Part shown: in pieces, positions 23,996 through 37,397 of the stretch
How the letters are laid out: each line of letters starts with the position of its first letter
Position numbering within the stretch: position 1 is the first letter of the stretch
Origin: Octopus sinensis
Lineage: Eukaryota
Direction of reading: 5' to 3'
Length of the DNA: 64,000 nucleotides
Assembly (NCBI RefSeq): GCF_006345805.1
Contig: NC_043006.1
Span: 33,666,001 to 33,730,000 of the forward strand
The notes under the pieces: generated by a model
Told to the model about the DNA's origin: nothing
Database searches by the model: none
Seen by the model: only the letters and a program-made list of their open reading frames with translations
Position numbers and translations under genes: made by a program

Positions 23996-24794
23996 TCCGT
24001 CTCCTTCTCTCTCACACAAACACATGCATGCACACACACACACACACATATGCATGCACACACAAAGACACAAGCAAGCACTGATCATATTCCAGCCAAA
24101 TTTTAAACATTAATGGCAAATTCAATACCGAAATGTCAACAATGCATGCACAAGATGAAACATTGATGTTTTTAATGTGCATACATAACAGCGTTTATGA
24201 ATCTCTGTGCAAGTGTTTTTGCTTGTATATTTGTGCAATAGGTGTAAGCAGGAATATCTGAACAGCCTGGTATGTTCCGGAGTAAAGCAATGCTCACAGA
24301 CTTCTACATACACAACCACATAAATACATAAATTAACAATTGATCCCTTACACCCAGGGACCACCAAGGCAGCTGCTGAATGTATCCAAAACTGTGTGAG
24401 AGAATCTGCTAGAAAGCATATATACATGTGTGTGTGAGTGTGTGTGTGTGTGTATTTATATGTATGTGTATGCATATCTATAAAAATAACCCCTGTCCCC
24501 CACCCCGGTATTCTGTCTATATATCCTTTTTTATGCTCATTTTCTTGTATCTTAAGACTCTGGCATCCCGTCACTATCTTCTTCCCAGCCATGCCCACCC
24601 ATCCTTATATAAATGTGAGGAAGCTGTGTACCTTCTCTATAGCAGGACACCTATGTTTGTCCCTCTTTCATACTCCTAACACCTGGCATAAACCCCCTTC
24701 CCCTCTCAATTACTCCCACCTCCCACTTAGCCAAGAGGGATTTATTGTCTTTTTTTCCTGTCTTGTGAATTCCTTGACAACCTCACTAATATGG

Positions 24795-25000
24795 TTGGCA
24801 TGAAAGACAAAAAAAGGTCCCAGTACACACTGTAAAGTGGTTGACATTAAGAAAGGCATCCAGCCATAGAAACTATGCCAAAGCTGACATTGGAGTCTTG
24901 TACAGTGCTGTGATTTGCCAGATTCTGTCAAACTATCCAACCCATGCCAGCATGGAAAACAGTTGTCAAATGATGATGATGATGATGATGATGATGAAGA
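24795..25000 (+). mobile_element. SINE family C
   Basis: aaagtggttgacattaagaaaggcatccagcc ... ccatgccagcatggaaaac ... (gat)n. Confidence 0.8.
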
Positions 25001-25056
25001 TGAGGTATTAGTGTAAACATACATATGTATATGTGTATATATATATTTTTTCTCTT

Positions 25057-25437
25057 TCATTTCCAGTCATTTGACTTGCGGTCATGCTGGAGCACTGCCA
25101 TTTAGTCAAACAAACTGACCCCAGGACTTATTCTTTGTAAGCCTGGTACTTATTCTATCAGTCTCTTTTGCCGAACCGCTAAGTTACGGGGACATGAACA
25201 CACCAACATTGGTTGTCAAGCGATGGGGAGGGGGACAAACACAGACATACAAACATACACACACATATATACTCAACGGGCTTCTTTCAGTTTCCGTCTA
25301 CCAAATCCACTCACAAGGCTTTGGTCAGCCCAAGGTTATAGTAGAAGACACTTGCCCAAGGTGCCACACAGTGGGACTGAACCAGGAACCATGTGGTTTG
25401 TAAGCAAGCTACTTACCACACAGCCACTCCTGTGCCT
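25057..25437 (-). mobile_element. SINE family A, full length
   Basis: Complete reverse-complement match. Confidence 0.9.
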
Positions 25438-26038
25438 ATAAGATATATATATATATAAACACATACGTACAAACAGACATACATGCATACATCTCTGTAT
25501 TTCAGTAATATAAATATGTACAGAAACAAAATCAACAACTATCAATATGCATATATCAATGCAAGTTAAGTGCCTGTGCAACAGAAAGAACATATACACG
25601 TGTATGTGGTAGCGCTGTCGTCTTTATGTGCTGCGGTGGTATTGGTGGTGGCGGCGGCAGCGATGTCTTTATGTGCAGCACAGGCACAAATCGGTTATGA
25701 TGCAATAACCAATAATTCTTCCATGAAAATTTCAGCTATAAACCAAACCACGAAAGGCTGAAAATTATAATATCTCATTGACTATCTCTTGTGTTCTTCA
25801 TGTGAAAAAAAAAAAAAACACAGTCATTATCGGTGAAATATATGAAAATATTCCCAACCTCTTCCTGCATATGATATCAGTGAAGTGGCCATGATGGTGT
25901 TTCGAAAGAGAGAGAGAGAGATGAATGATATTATTTATTATTGATAGCAATGTATATGTAATATATAACTACTTTATCCTTGCAGTATCCATGTAGATAA
26001 TAACATGCAAATTGTATACATATAGATGTATGTGTGTG

Positions 26039-26080
<42 letters not shown>

Positions 26081-26204
26081 TTGTATAAGATAGGGATTAA
26101 AAGTTGTGTAGTTGTCACAGTAAGCTCTACTTACAGAGTCAGCTATCAGGCCACATAATCAATTACAAATTAAGGTAAAATATCCACGTTTATATATGTG
26201 TGTG

Positions 26205-26298
<94 letters not shown>

Positions 26299-26497
26299 GT
26301 TAATCCAAACATGAAAACACAAAGAGGAAACGCAACAACGCGAGGACGTGGAACAAATATAGTATTATTGGATGCTAAGGAAAGGAAGAAGGAGGGTTTA
26401 ACGTTTCGAGCAGAGCTCTTCGTCAGAAACATAGGAAAAGGAAAGATCCAGAGAAGGGAAGACGGAGGAAAAAAAAATCGCCAACGGTACACACACG
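26299..26497 (-). mobile_element. Penelope-like pLTR / retrozyme-type fragment next to (TA)n
   Basis: Contains an intact minimal hammerhead. Related truncated copy at 47960-48070. Confidence 0.6.
26396..26430 (-). ncRNA. Minimal type-I hammerhead ribozyme motif (intact)
   Basis: GUUU-CUGACGA-A-GAGC(UCU)GCUC-GAAA-CGUU-AAAC: perfect stems I and II, palindromic AACGUU in place of stem III. Confidence 0.8.
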
Positions 26498-27254
26498 ATA
26501 AAAGAACACAAATGTAGTAGCTTTCTATTCCATATTTTTTGTCCAATCTATGGCAGCATGAAAAATGGACATTAAAGGATGATGATGATGTTGATGATGA
26601 TTACACACACGCATACATATAGATGCAGATGTGGCTCTACGCTTCAGAAGATTGTTTTCTCTGCTATATGGTTTCGGATTCAGTCTCATTGTATGATACC
26701 TTGGGCAAGTCTTCAACTACAGCCTGGGGCTGACCAAAGCCTTGTGCATGGATTTAGTAAATGGAAACTGTATGGAAGCCCACCACACACACACACACAT
26801 TTACATACACTATAACTTACATACATATATCTGTATACAACAGCATGATGGGACTGAACAAAAAAGTACCTTGTGGTATTCCCATTCCATAAAGTTATGT
26901 CCCTTCAAACCTAGAGCAATATAACTGATAGAGATTGACATTGATACAATTGACTACAACAGCTTTAAAGGCCACAGTCCAACAGCTAAAACCATTGTGA
27001 ATGTGTGGGGTCCCTCTTGTTAAACAAACCCACCCATACATAGGGACATTGTCTGTGTGTGTTGCGTTTATTTATCCTTGTCCCCCATCTTATCTGCTGT
27101 ATATCAGTCTACCCATTCGCATAATACTGTTAATGGAATTATCAACTTTAATCTCGCTAAACAACTGTTTCTGCTCTGTGAATGACAATTTCTATATTTT
27201 TATATTTATCAGAGATCCATATTCTATAGACTCAGATAACAGTTAAGCATTCTC

Positions 27255-27257
<3 letters not shown>

Positions 27258-27285
<28 letters not shown>

Positions 27286-28105
27286 TGTGTACAGTGCTCA
27301 GGTGCACTACAACTCATCTAAAGTGTATATATAATCAGGTGAAGTTTCGGCGGATTTCGGAAAGCATGAGGGCCTTAAAAGATGCAGTGTCATGGCAGTC
27401 AACAACTGACGCAGGCAGTTTATTCCATGCTTCAGCAACTCTGAGCGTGAAAAAATATTTCCGAAAGTCATGGGAGCTGTATTGTTTTCTGACTTTGTAG
27501 GCATGTCCACGTGTGTTAGACACATGGAGATCAAAAAGGTGTTCAGTGTTGTTGTTGGTGAGGTGGTTGATAACTTTGTGGGTGTTTACCAAGTCCGTCG
27601 CCAAATGCCGGAGCTTCAGTGAATCCATGCCCAGGGAAACAAGGCGCTCAGAATATGGTAGGTGTCTGATGGAGGGTATGCGTTTGGTTGCACGTCTCTG
27701 GACAGATTCCAGGAGGTCAATGTTCTGTGCAAGATAGGGGTTCCAAACTGATGATGCGAATTCCAAGTGTGGTCGTACCATAGCTGTATACAGTTTTAAA
27801 TAGATGGCTGGAGAGCGGCTAACAAAAGACCTGCTGAGTATGCCAAGACACCCTCGGCCTTCCTGACAATCTTAGAGATATACTTTGACCAACGCAAATC
27901 ACTGCTGACAGTGATGCCTAGGTCACGCTCGCAAGAGGATTTCTTGATATCAGTGTTGTGGAGGGAGTATGTGAACGCAGGGTTTTTTCTCCCAAAATGC
28001 ATGGTGGTACACTTGTCCACAGCCAGTTTCAGTTGCCAGTCTGTGATCCATTGCTGCATTGTGTCTAGGTCTGATTGCAGGAAAGAGTTGTAGACATCAG
28101 GATCT
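27258..28105 (-). pseudogene. 5'-truncated CR1-clade LINE (RT C-terminal region, 3' UTR, (TTA)n tail)
   Basis: ORFs WQLKLAVDKCTTMHFGRKN...ERDLGITVSSDLRWS and VRPHLEFASSVWNPY...LESVQRRATK...TRGH...FFTLRVAEAWNKLP joined by one frameshift. Tail at 27258-27285. Confidence 0.92.
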
Positions 28106-28889
28106 GTCCTCTTGATTTCAAGGTACAGCTACCCACCCACACACACACACATATATACACATATACATATATATACACAAACACATATATACACACACAT
28201 AAATATACCTTTGTATGTATGTATACACATACACATATATATGAATGTAAATATGTGCATAGCTAAGTGTTTGCTATGGGTTTATTTAAAGTTTAAATCT
28301 AAAGAACCCTTCCGTTCCATCACCCAAAGGAAAAAATATAAATAGAAGGTAGGAAAAGAAAAGGAAAAAAAAAGGAGTAAACTGCAAAACAAAGGAACAA
28401 ACCAAAAGAAAAATAATGCTTTTATTCTATTATTCCATCATTCTATTATTCTATTATGCCTTCATTCTGTCAATCTTTTGTTTGTTCATTCTATCATAAT
28501 GGAATACATTTTACTCTACTTTTGCTACGAATCTCTCTGGCAGCAATCATGAAAAGAATATGATAATATACTAATTTAGGCTGCACAGATTATGAATACA
28601 TACAATGATGTAGGCCTAGTTGTGGGGTTAAGAGCTTCATTTTGTAACTATAAATGATATGGTTCCAGGTTCAATCTCATTACACATTAAGTATAGTCTT
28701 GGATTCATCAGAAGTTTATGAGTGGAATTGAATGGGTACAAAGTTACTCTGCCACAGTAGAGTGCAATTGTTAGGCTGACCTTGTGGCCTGCAAATCTGT
28801 GGTTGGTTCCTTAAATTGGATGAAATAGATCATCAGGTCAAAGGAACTAATAACAAGATTGCAATATATATATATGTGTGTATGTGTGT

Positions 28890-29287
28890 TCTTTTATTCT
28901 TTTACTTGTTTCAGTCATTTGACAGTGGCCATGCTGGAGCACCGCCTTTAGTCGAACAAATCGACCACAGGGCTTATTCTTTGTAAGCCTAGTACCTATT
29001 CAATCGGTCTCTTTTGCTGAACCGCTAAGTAACAGGGACATATATACACCAACATCAGTTGTTGAGCGATGGTGGGGAGACAAGCACAGACACACAAATA
29101 CATATATATATATATATATATACACACGACAGGCTTCTTTCAGTTTCCATCTACCAAATACACTCACAAGGCTTTGGTCAGCCCAAGGCTATAGTAGAAG
29201 ACACTTGCCCAAAGTGCCACACAGTGGGATTGAAACCGGAACCATGTGGTTGGGAAGCAAGCTTCTTACCGCACAGCCACTCCTGCA
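28890..29287 (-). mobile_element. SINE family A, full length
   Basis: Complete reverse-complement match. Confidence 0.9.
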
Positions 29288-29300
29288 CACACAAATATAC

Positions 29301-29341
<41 letters not shown>

Positions 29342-29416
29342 CACATTGTTATACTTGGGGATGGTCATATTTTGCCAATTAAACACACACACTATATATT
29401 TGATCTTCACTTCAGC

Positions 29417-29457
<41 letters not shown>

Positions 29458-29600
29458 TATTATTATTATTATTATTTAAGTTTCTTTGTTGAAGCTCTTT
29501 TGTCACACATCCTGTGACATCTTCAGCGACTCCTTATCTCATTGTTCTGCTTATTCCGTTCTACCAAATACTTAAACGCAAATAGATATACATACATATA

Positions 29601-30222
29601 TCATCATTATCATTTAACGTCCGTTGTCCATGTTGGACGGTTTGACCAGGGCTGACAAGCTGGAAGGCTGCACCAGACTTCAGTCAGATTTGGTATGGTT
29701 TCTGTGCCTGGATGCTTTTCTGAATGCTAACCACTCTGAGAGCGTAATGGGTGCTTTTATGTGCCACCGGCATGGGTGCCATTTGCATGACACCAGTATC
29801 TGCCACAACTGCAATTTTACTCGGCTTGATGGGTTTTCTTCTCAAGCACGATATAATACCAAAGGTCTCGGTCATTCATCGTTGCCTCCATGAGGCCCAA
29901 CACTCAAAAGATGCTTTCCACATGGATCATTAACATCAATTTAGGTCCTTTTTTTTTTCCATACAAATATGGTTGGACAAACACACAGTCTCAATACTTA
30001 TTGTAGGACTTTGTCACCACACACCAACCAGAATTCCAGCTTTTGTAATTATATATAATACTACACTCGCGGAGTGGCTGGTGTTAGGAAGGGCATCCAG
30101 CTGTAGAAACACTGCCAGATCAAACTGGAGCCTGGTGCAGCCCCTGGCTTCCCAGACCCCGGTTGAACCGCCAAACCCATGCTAGCATGGAAAACGGACA
30201 TTAAACGATGATGATGATGATG
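29601..30222. mobile_element. Two SINE family C copies in opposite orientation (29601-29900 minus, 30061-30222 plus)
   Basis: Family C motifs on opposite strands. Confidence 0.8.
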
Positions 30223-31058
30223 ACTGTTTTTTTTTTTTTTCAACTTGGGTTTTGCAACTGGAAACCCTTCCTATCTTCAACCACCTTACAGAAAGGTCTG
30301 GTCTAATATCTAAGCAGTTACTTGCATAAGGACTAAATAATACCCTGTCTCATGTATAAGATTTTATTTGAAATTGCTATTCTTCTTGATGGGTAGCATC
30401 TCACATCTGGTCTGTTTGTTCCTTCTAAGTAGAAAGCTATATTCTCATCGACATTCAATACAGTGAAGCCTGTATCATCTACAATGGTCAAGATTAATCA
30501 ATTTCTAGTGCTTCCTTTATTAGTTTCTGCAAGTTGGCAGACTTCAAAAAACAGTGAGAACTGAAAGTGCACAATAAACAAAACAAGAAATATTTCTGCA
30601 ATCCGATGGATTTTTATACCCAGAAATAGTCTAGTTTCAACAGAATTGGAGATAATTGTAGTTCTGTCTGCTTAATATAGAATTGGATCATTAAATGTAC
30701 ACAGTAGGATCTTAAGATAATTCCATGTGTGTGTGTGTGTGTGTGTAATATGGGTGGTGTGTGTCTTTTGTGCATATGTAGCGGAAGAGCATTTGTATGT
30801 GTGTGTCTGTATGTGTGAAAGAGAGTGTGTATGAGTTAATGTAGGTGTATGTTTGTGTTAAAGCTGTATATTTGTTTATGCGTGTGTGTGTGTGTGTGTT
30901 ATTGTTTATCTGGTACGTAAAAGTAAGTACACATTGTTGTATGTGTGTATGGAAGTGAATATGTGGACTGTGTAAAAGAATATGTGTGTTTGTGTGTGTG
31001 GGAGTGTCTGTTTGAGTTTGTACTGGGATGGGAATCATTAACTCTGTGTGTGTTTGTT

Positions 31059-31099
<41 letters not shown>

Positions 31100-31159
31100 A
31101 TCAGTATTACATCTTTACTAATGTATATCAGAATGAGAGTTATTATATCAGTGAGTGCA

Positions 31160-31575
31160 TGTGAGAGATAGAGAGACAGAGATAGATAGATAGATAGATA
31201 GAGAGAGAGGGGAGAGGGAGAGAGATGGATAAATAGGTAGATAGATACAAAGACAGAGATAGAGATATAGAGATAGAGATAGAGAAAGATAGAGATAGAT
31301 AGATAGAGAGAGAGAGGGAGGGAGAGAGAGATGGATAAATAGGTAGATAGATACAAAGATAGAGATATAGAGATAGAGATATAGATAGATAGATAGAGAG
31401 AGAGAGGGGGGAGAGAGAGATGGATAAATAGGTAGATAGATACAAAGACAGAGATAGAGATATAGAGATAGAGATAGAGAAAGATAGAGATAGATAGATA
31501 GAGAGAGAGAGAGGGGGGGAGAGAGAGATGGATAAATAGGTAGATAGATACAAAGACAGAGATAGAGATATAGAG

Positions 31576-31609
<34 letters not shown>

Positions 31610-31620
31610 AGGGGGGAGAG
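31160..31620. repeat. Minisatellite of four ~100-110 bp units built from (GA)n/(GATA)n
   Basis: gagagagatggataaataggtagatagatacaaaga recurs four times. Confidence 0.9.
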
Positions 31621-32009
31621 TGTGTGTGTAACTGCTTGTACAAATTTGTTTGAGGGAAGTTGAATGAAGTGTTACAATGGTGAAGATAGACACCAATATC
31701 TCTTGAAAGGAATTCATTAAGGTTTGCTTGCATCAACAGAAAGCAACAAGTCTGGCAAAATAATTAGCAAATTTGTTAGAAGTGAATTCTAACATTTTAT
31801 TTGGAGCCCTTCATTAGAAAAACAAATTAAGAATATTGCTAAGCTTTGATGTAAGTATGAAGGAAAACACAAATCTCACCCCTTTTCTTTCTTTGTTTCT
31901 TCCTCCCTCTCTGTCTTTTTTAATTAATTATTTTAATTCTTTCTATAAAGGAGCCGGTTTTTAATGAAGAAACAGAGATTCATTGAGGAATTCAGATGAC
32001 AACATCAAC

Positions 32010-32168
32010 ATCATCGTTTAATGTCCAATTTCCATGCTGGCATGGGTTGGATGGTTTGACAGGGACTGGTAAGGCCAAGAGCAGCAACAGGTTCTACTGT
32101 CTGTTTCTAGCTTAGTTTCTACAGCTGGATCTCCTTCCTAACACCAACCACCTTACGGAGTGTTCCTG
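32010..32168 (-). mobile_element. SINE family C 3' part, continuous with the minisatellite
   Basis: catcatcgtttaatgtccaatttccatgctggcatgggttggatggtttgac ... ccttcctaacaccaaccacc. Confidence 0.85.
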
Positions 32169-33895
32169 GTGCTTTTCACGTGGCACCAGCACCAGTGCCT
32201 TTTTATGTGACACCATCATCAGTGCTTTTTACATGGTACCATCACTAGTGCTTTTTGTGTGGCACTATCACCAGTGCCTTTTTATGCAGCACCATCACCA
32301 GTGCTTTTTATGTGGCACCATCACCACTGCCTTTTTATGTGGCACCATCACCACTGCCTTTTTATGTGACACCATCATCAGTGCTTTTTACATGGTACCA
32401 TCACTAGTGCTTTTTGTGTGGCACTATCACCAGTGCCTTTTTATGCAGCACCATCACCAGTGCTTTTTATGTGGCACCATCACCACTGCCTTTTTATGCA
32501 GCACCATCACCAGTGCTTTTTATGTGGCACCATCACCACTGCTTTTTATGTGGCACCATCACACTGCCTTTTTATGTGACACCATCACCAGTGCTTTTTA
32601 CATGGTACCATCACTAGTGCTTTTTGTGTGGCACTATCACCAGTGCCTTTTTATGCAGCACCATCACCAGTGCTTTTTATGTGGCACCATCACCACTGCC
32701 TTTTTATGCAGCACCATCACCAGTGCTTTTTATGTGGCACCATCACCACTGCCTTTTTATGTGGCACCATCACCACTGCCTTTTTATGTGACACCATCAT
32801 CAGTGCTTTTTACATGGTACCATCACTAGTGCTTTTTGTGTGGCACTATCACCAGTGCCTTTTTATGCAGCACCATCACCAGTGCTTTTTATGTGGCACC
32901 ATCACCACTGCCTTTTTATGCAGCACCATCACCAGTGCTTTTTATGTGGCACCATCACCACTGCCTTTTTATGTGGCACCATCACCACTGCCTTTTTATG
33001 CAGCACCATCACCAGTGCTTTTTATGTGGCACCATCACCATTGCTTTTTATGTGGCACCATCACCAGTGCTTTTTATGTGGCACCATCACCAGTGCTTTT
33101 TATGTGACACCATCACCAGTGCTTTTTATGTGGCACCATCACCAGTGCCTTTTTATGTGGCACCATCACCACTGCCTTTTTATGCAGCACCATCACCAGT
33201 GCTTTTTATGTGGCACCATCACCACTGCCTTTTTATGTGGCACCATCACCAGTGCTTTTTATGTGGCACCATCACCACTGCCTTTTTATGCAGCACCATC
33301 ACCAGTGCTTTTTATGTGGCACCATCACCACTGCCTTTTTATGTGGCACCATCACCAGTGCCTTTTTATGTGGCACCATCACCAGTGCTTTTTATGTGGC
33401 ACCATCACCACTGCCTTTTTATGTGACACCATCACCAGTGCTTTTTATGTGGCACCATCACCAGTGCCTTTTTATGTGGCACCATCACCAGTGCCTTTTT
33501 ATGTGGCACCATCACCAGTGCCTTTTTATGTGGCACCATCACCAGTGCTTTTTATGTGGCACCATCACCAGTGCCTTTTTATGTGGCACCATCACCACTG
33601 CCTTTTTATGTGACACCATCACCAGTGCCTTTTTATGTGGCACCATCACCAGTGCTTTTTATATGGCACCATCACCAGTGCTTTTTATGTGGAACCATCA
33701 CCAGTGCTTTTTATATGGCACCATCACCAGTGCTTTTTATATGGCACCATCACCAGTGCTTTTTATGTGGCACCATCACCTGTGCTTTTATGTGGCACCA
33801 TCAGTATTTTTGTGTGGCGCCATCACCAGTGCTTTTTACATGGCACTATCACCAGTGCTTTTTGTGTGGCACCATCAATGTTTTTGTGTGGAACC
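32169..33895. repeat. 26-27 bp minisatellite (~65 units) with higher-order structure
   Basis: Unit gtggcaccatcaccagtgc(c)tttttat. A variant unit containing catggtacc recurs at 32232, 32391, 32601 and 32813. Confidence 0.95.
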
Positions 33896-34583
33896 TGGTG
33901 CAAAGTTACATGCTGCAAAGTTTTGCAGATTTATACTGCTCCACTTACACACACACTTGTATAAAATGTGTGAGAGAGCCAGAGATACTCAGAAAGATAG
34001 AGAAAGAAGGAGAAGGAAACGAGGAATAAAGAAATCAAGAACATCAATAACATATGGCCATTTTACTTAGCAAATTACAAGTAATTTTGTTTGACAAGAA
34101 AGGAAGCTGATACTAAATTCAGGCAAGGTCATTTCGGCAAACACACATACACACACATGCACATTTTTAGATACAAACACACATAGGTTGATTGAATGAT
34201 TGATTGACAAACTGGTTAGTGAGATAGATTGGTAAACGAAAAACAATGAGGAGATAACTTTATAAGCCAACAGGAAGAGATACAGGCAAAATGGATGGAC
34301 AGCCAGGCAGACAGATGAATGAATAAAAAAGATCATTTATTGTGCTCAAACTCTTATATCGATGTGATCAATTGATCAAATTGACGAGAGATTTTATTTT
34401 AGCTTTAATCTTTTTTTTTTTTAAATTGGTCAAATGGATTGATAGACAGACAGACAGAGACACAATAAAAGAGAGGTCAGCATATTTCCAGATAGCATAA
34501 GACATAGAAATAGACCGACAGAGTTAAAATTGATAGTCATGGTAGCTAAAAGTTTTTGGTATAACATAATACTTTATATATAT

Positions 34584-35200
34584 AGGCGCAGGAGTGGCTG
34601 TGTGGTAAGTAGCTTGTTAACCAACCACATGGTTCCAGGTCAGTCCCACTACATGGCACCTTGGGCAAGTATCTTCTACTATAGCCTCAGGCCAACCAAA
34701 GCATTGTGAGTGGATTTGGTAGACAGAAACTGAAAGAAGGCCGTCGTAAATCATCACCATCATCATCATCATCGTTTAATGTTTGCTTTCCATGCTGGCA
34801 TAGGTTGGATGGTTTGACAGAGGGCTGGCGAGCCATATGGCTGCACCAGACTCCAATCCGATCTGGCAGAGTTTCTACAACTGGATGCCCTTACTAACGC
34901 CAACTACTCTGAGAGTGCGGTAGGTGCTTTTACATTCCACTGGCACGAGGGCTAATAAGGCAGTAGTGGCAACAGCCACACTCAAATAGTGTTTATTATG
35001 TGCCACCTGCACAGGCGCCAGTCCAGTGGCACTGGCAACAACCTCACTCGAATGTTGTTTTTCACGTGTCATCGGCACAAGTGCCAGTAAGGCAATGCTG
35101 GTAACGATCAGGCTCAAATGTTGCTTTTTACGTGCCACTGGCATGGAAGCTAGTCAGTGGCCCTGGCAACGATCACGCTCAGATGGTGCTCTTAGTGCCC
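34584..35200. mobile_element. SINE A 5' half (+, 34584-34748) fused to SINE C (-, 34750-35200)
   Basis: The A head runs to gaaagaaggccgtcgta, then (cat)n and the family C body with its internal tandem units. Confidence 0.85.
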
Positions 35201-35269
35201 CAGTGGCTATTGGAGCAGAGAAGAACCAGCGCAGACCGTTTTTATCTGGGCAACCTCTGAGCCAGTATG

Positions 35270-35500
35270 GAGACCTTTTGCTGTTGTCTTTTACCATAGA
35301 ACTGCTTGCAAAGTCATGAAGTGAAACTAGCTTTTGCAGTTGGCAAGTATCACTCTCTTAGTACAACACTAACGTTGTCCAGCAGACAAGGACAAGCAAA
35401 GACATTCAAACATCAGTGTCATACTGCAGCAGCTGGCCAGACAATGGATTTGATTATCTCCACCCTTGGGTGGAGACCACTATTTCAGAGTGGCCTGTGG
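35270..35500 (+). pseudogene. Highly degenerate RTE-like RT C-terminal remnant
   Basis: Frameshifted ETSF../LASITLL and ISTLGWRPL resemble the RTE motifs 'EMxFLRRxAGxTLLD' and 'RWxDYISxLxW'. Confidence 0.4.
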
Positions 35501-36808
35501 CATCTTAGATCTTGTAAAATGATAATAAAGAATAAAAAAGACCGATGATGACAATGACAAAGCTGAGTTGTCATTTATTGTAAAGCATTCTTTGTTGTCG
35601 ACGTCAGCAAAGCAAGTTGTAATGAGCTGCATCCTTGGGTTTCCATCCATGTGAAGATGTGTAAATATAGCACAACACCTTACTGGCGAGTCGCTCTTAA
35701 TGACATATCATTGTGTGTGTTGCAGGTGACAATATATATGTATATGGCTGCTACAGTAATTATCTACCTGTAATTGTGAACAATTGTCGTGAATATCAAT
35801 TAAAATGGTTTCATTTAGAAACATTCTGAATGGCTTGCCAATATTCATTTGTCCAATTTATTATCATGACCATCAGCATCCACACCCACCACATCACTCC
35901 ACCTTGCCATCATTGACTTCATCTTCATTACCATCACCACCACTATCATCATCATCATCATCAGCATTGTCATAATCATCACTGTTCCAATCACTACCAG
36001 CATAATGTCAGTTATTCTACAGTTTTCCAATCAGCCATTTGCTGATTCACCGAAACTGTGACATCGAGAGTTATGGCAAGGGAGTTTCTGTAACTCAGTG
36101 TGAAACAAATATCACAGGGGACTTCGTTTTTGTTTGTTTTAGTTTCTTCATGATTAACAAACTTTGGGTCACTTTAGGCATATTTGAGATATATTTGATT
36201 TGTAAAGAGGTATTTTCACTGCAGTTTGTTATGAAAGAAAAAAAAACTCTTGATTTAGGTAAAAGTTTTAAAAACAGCAATAATTTTTTTTCAATGGCAA
36301 ACCACTGTGAAAATGCCACTTTTACCAGTCAAATATGCCTCAGGCATATTTGAACCAGTGTAAATATTTGTTTATTTCACAACAGTGCTTTGAGCACCAC
36401 CCATATAAAAGAATGATGATTGGTGATACCAGGGAGGAGGAGGTGGAGCAAGAGAAGGAGGTGAAGGATGTTGATGGTGATGTGTATCTCTTCTGCAGTG
36501 AAATCACTCTGTATCCAACCCACACTTTTTTGTAGGCGTGTATAATATTAATTAGAGATTTCAAGATTTGTGTGTTTTTTTCCTGCCTCACACCTCACCT
36601 CACATAACAGGTGTGAGACACATGTGAAGATTATAAGGTGTGTAAATATAGAGTCACTTGGAGATGATGTTTGTGTTCTCAGCCAGGCAAACATTACAAG
36701 TTTTGACTGTTAAGCATTGGTGAGAGAGAGAGGATGGGGGGGAAAGAAGGTGAGAGAGATGATTTATGGTAGCTATAAAAACATTTATATAGACACATAC
36801 ACAGACAT

Positions 36809-36960
36809 AGCTGTGTGGTGAGAAGCTTGCTTCCCAACCACATGGTTCTGGGTTCAGTCCCACTGTGTGGTACTTTGGGCAAGTGTCTTTTACTATAGCC
36901 ATTGGCCAACCTAAGTCTTGTGAATGGATTTGGTAGATGGAAACTGGAAGAAGCCCGTTG

Positions 36961-37022
<62 letters not shown>

Positions 37023-37255
37023 GTGTGTGTGTGTGTATGCATGTGTTTATGTGTGTGTCTGTGTTTGTTCTCCCACTGTTGCTTGACAACTGATGCTGGT
37101 GTGTTCTAGTGTGTCTATGTCCTTGAACTTAGCAGTTCAGCACAAGAAACCAATAGAATAAGTACTAGGCTTACAAAGAATAAGTCCTAAGGTCGATTTC
37201 TTTAAGGTGGTGCTCCAGCATGGCCGCAATCAACTGGCTAAAATAAATAAAAGAA
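36809..37255 (+). mobile_element. SINE family A, full length
   Basis: Head, internal (TA)n(TG)n, tail. Confidence 0.9.
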
Positions 37256-37397
37256 TATATATGTGTGTGTCTGTGTGCATACAATATATTTCATCTTCAT
37301 CATTTTAACATCCACTTTTCTGTGCTTGCATGGGTCAGATAGAATCTAAAGAGGAAGATTTTCTATGGCTGGATGTCCTGGCTGTTATTCACTCTTT

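Noticed and set aside
25600-25757. Possible minus-strand exon after ataattttcag
   Set aside because: All three frames stop within about 20 codons. No support for coding.
32169-33895. CRISPR-like array, or His/Cys-rich repeat protein ORFs (MWHHHHCLF, VAPSPVLF)
   Set aside because: Units are contiguous with no unique spacers, no cas genes are present and the context is eukaryotic. The ORFs arise from a stop-poor monomer that shifts frame.
34355-34385. Short palindromes tgatcaattgatca (and attgatc...gatcaat near 50952) as regulatory sites
   Set aside because: Plausible by chance in AT-rich DNA, and no conservation data are available.
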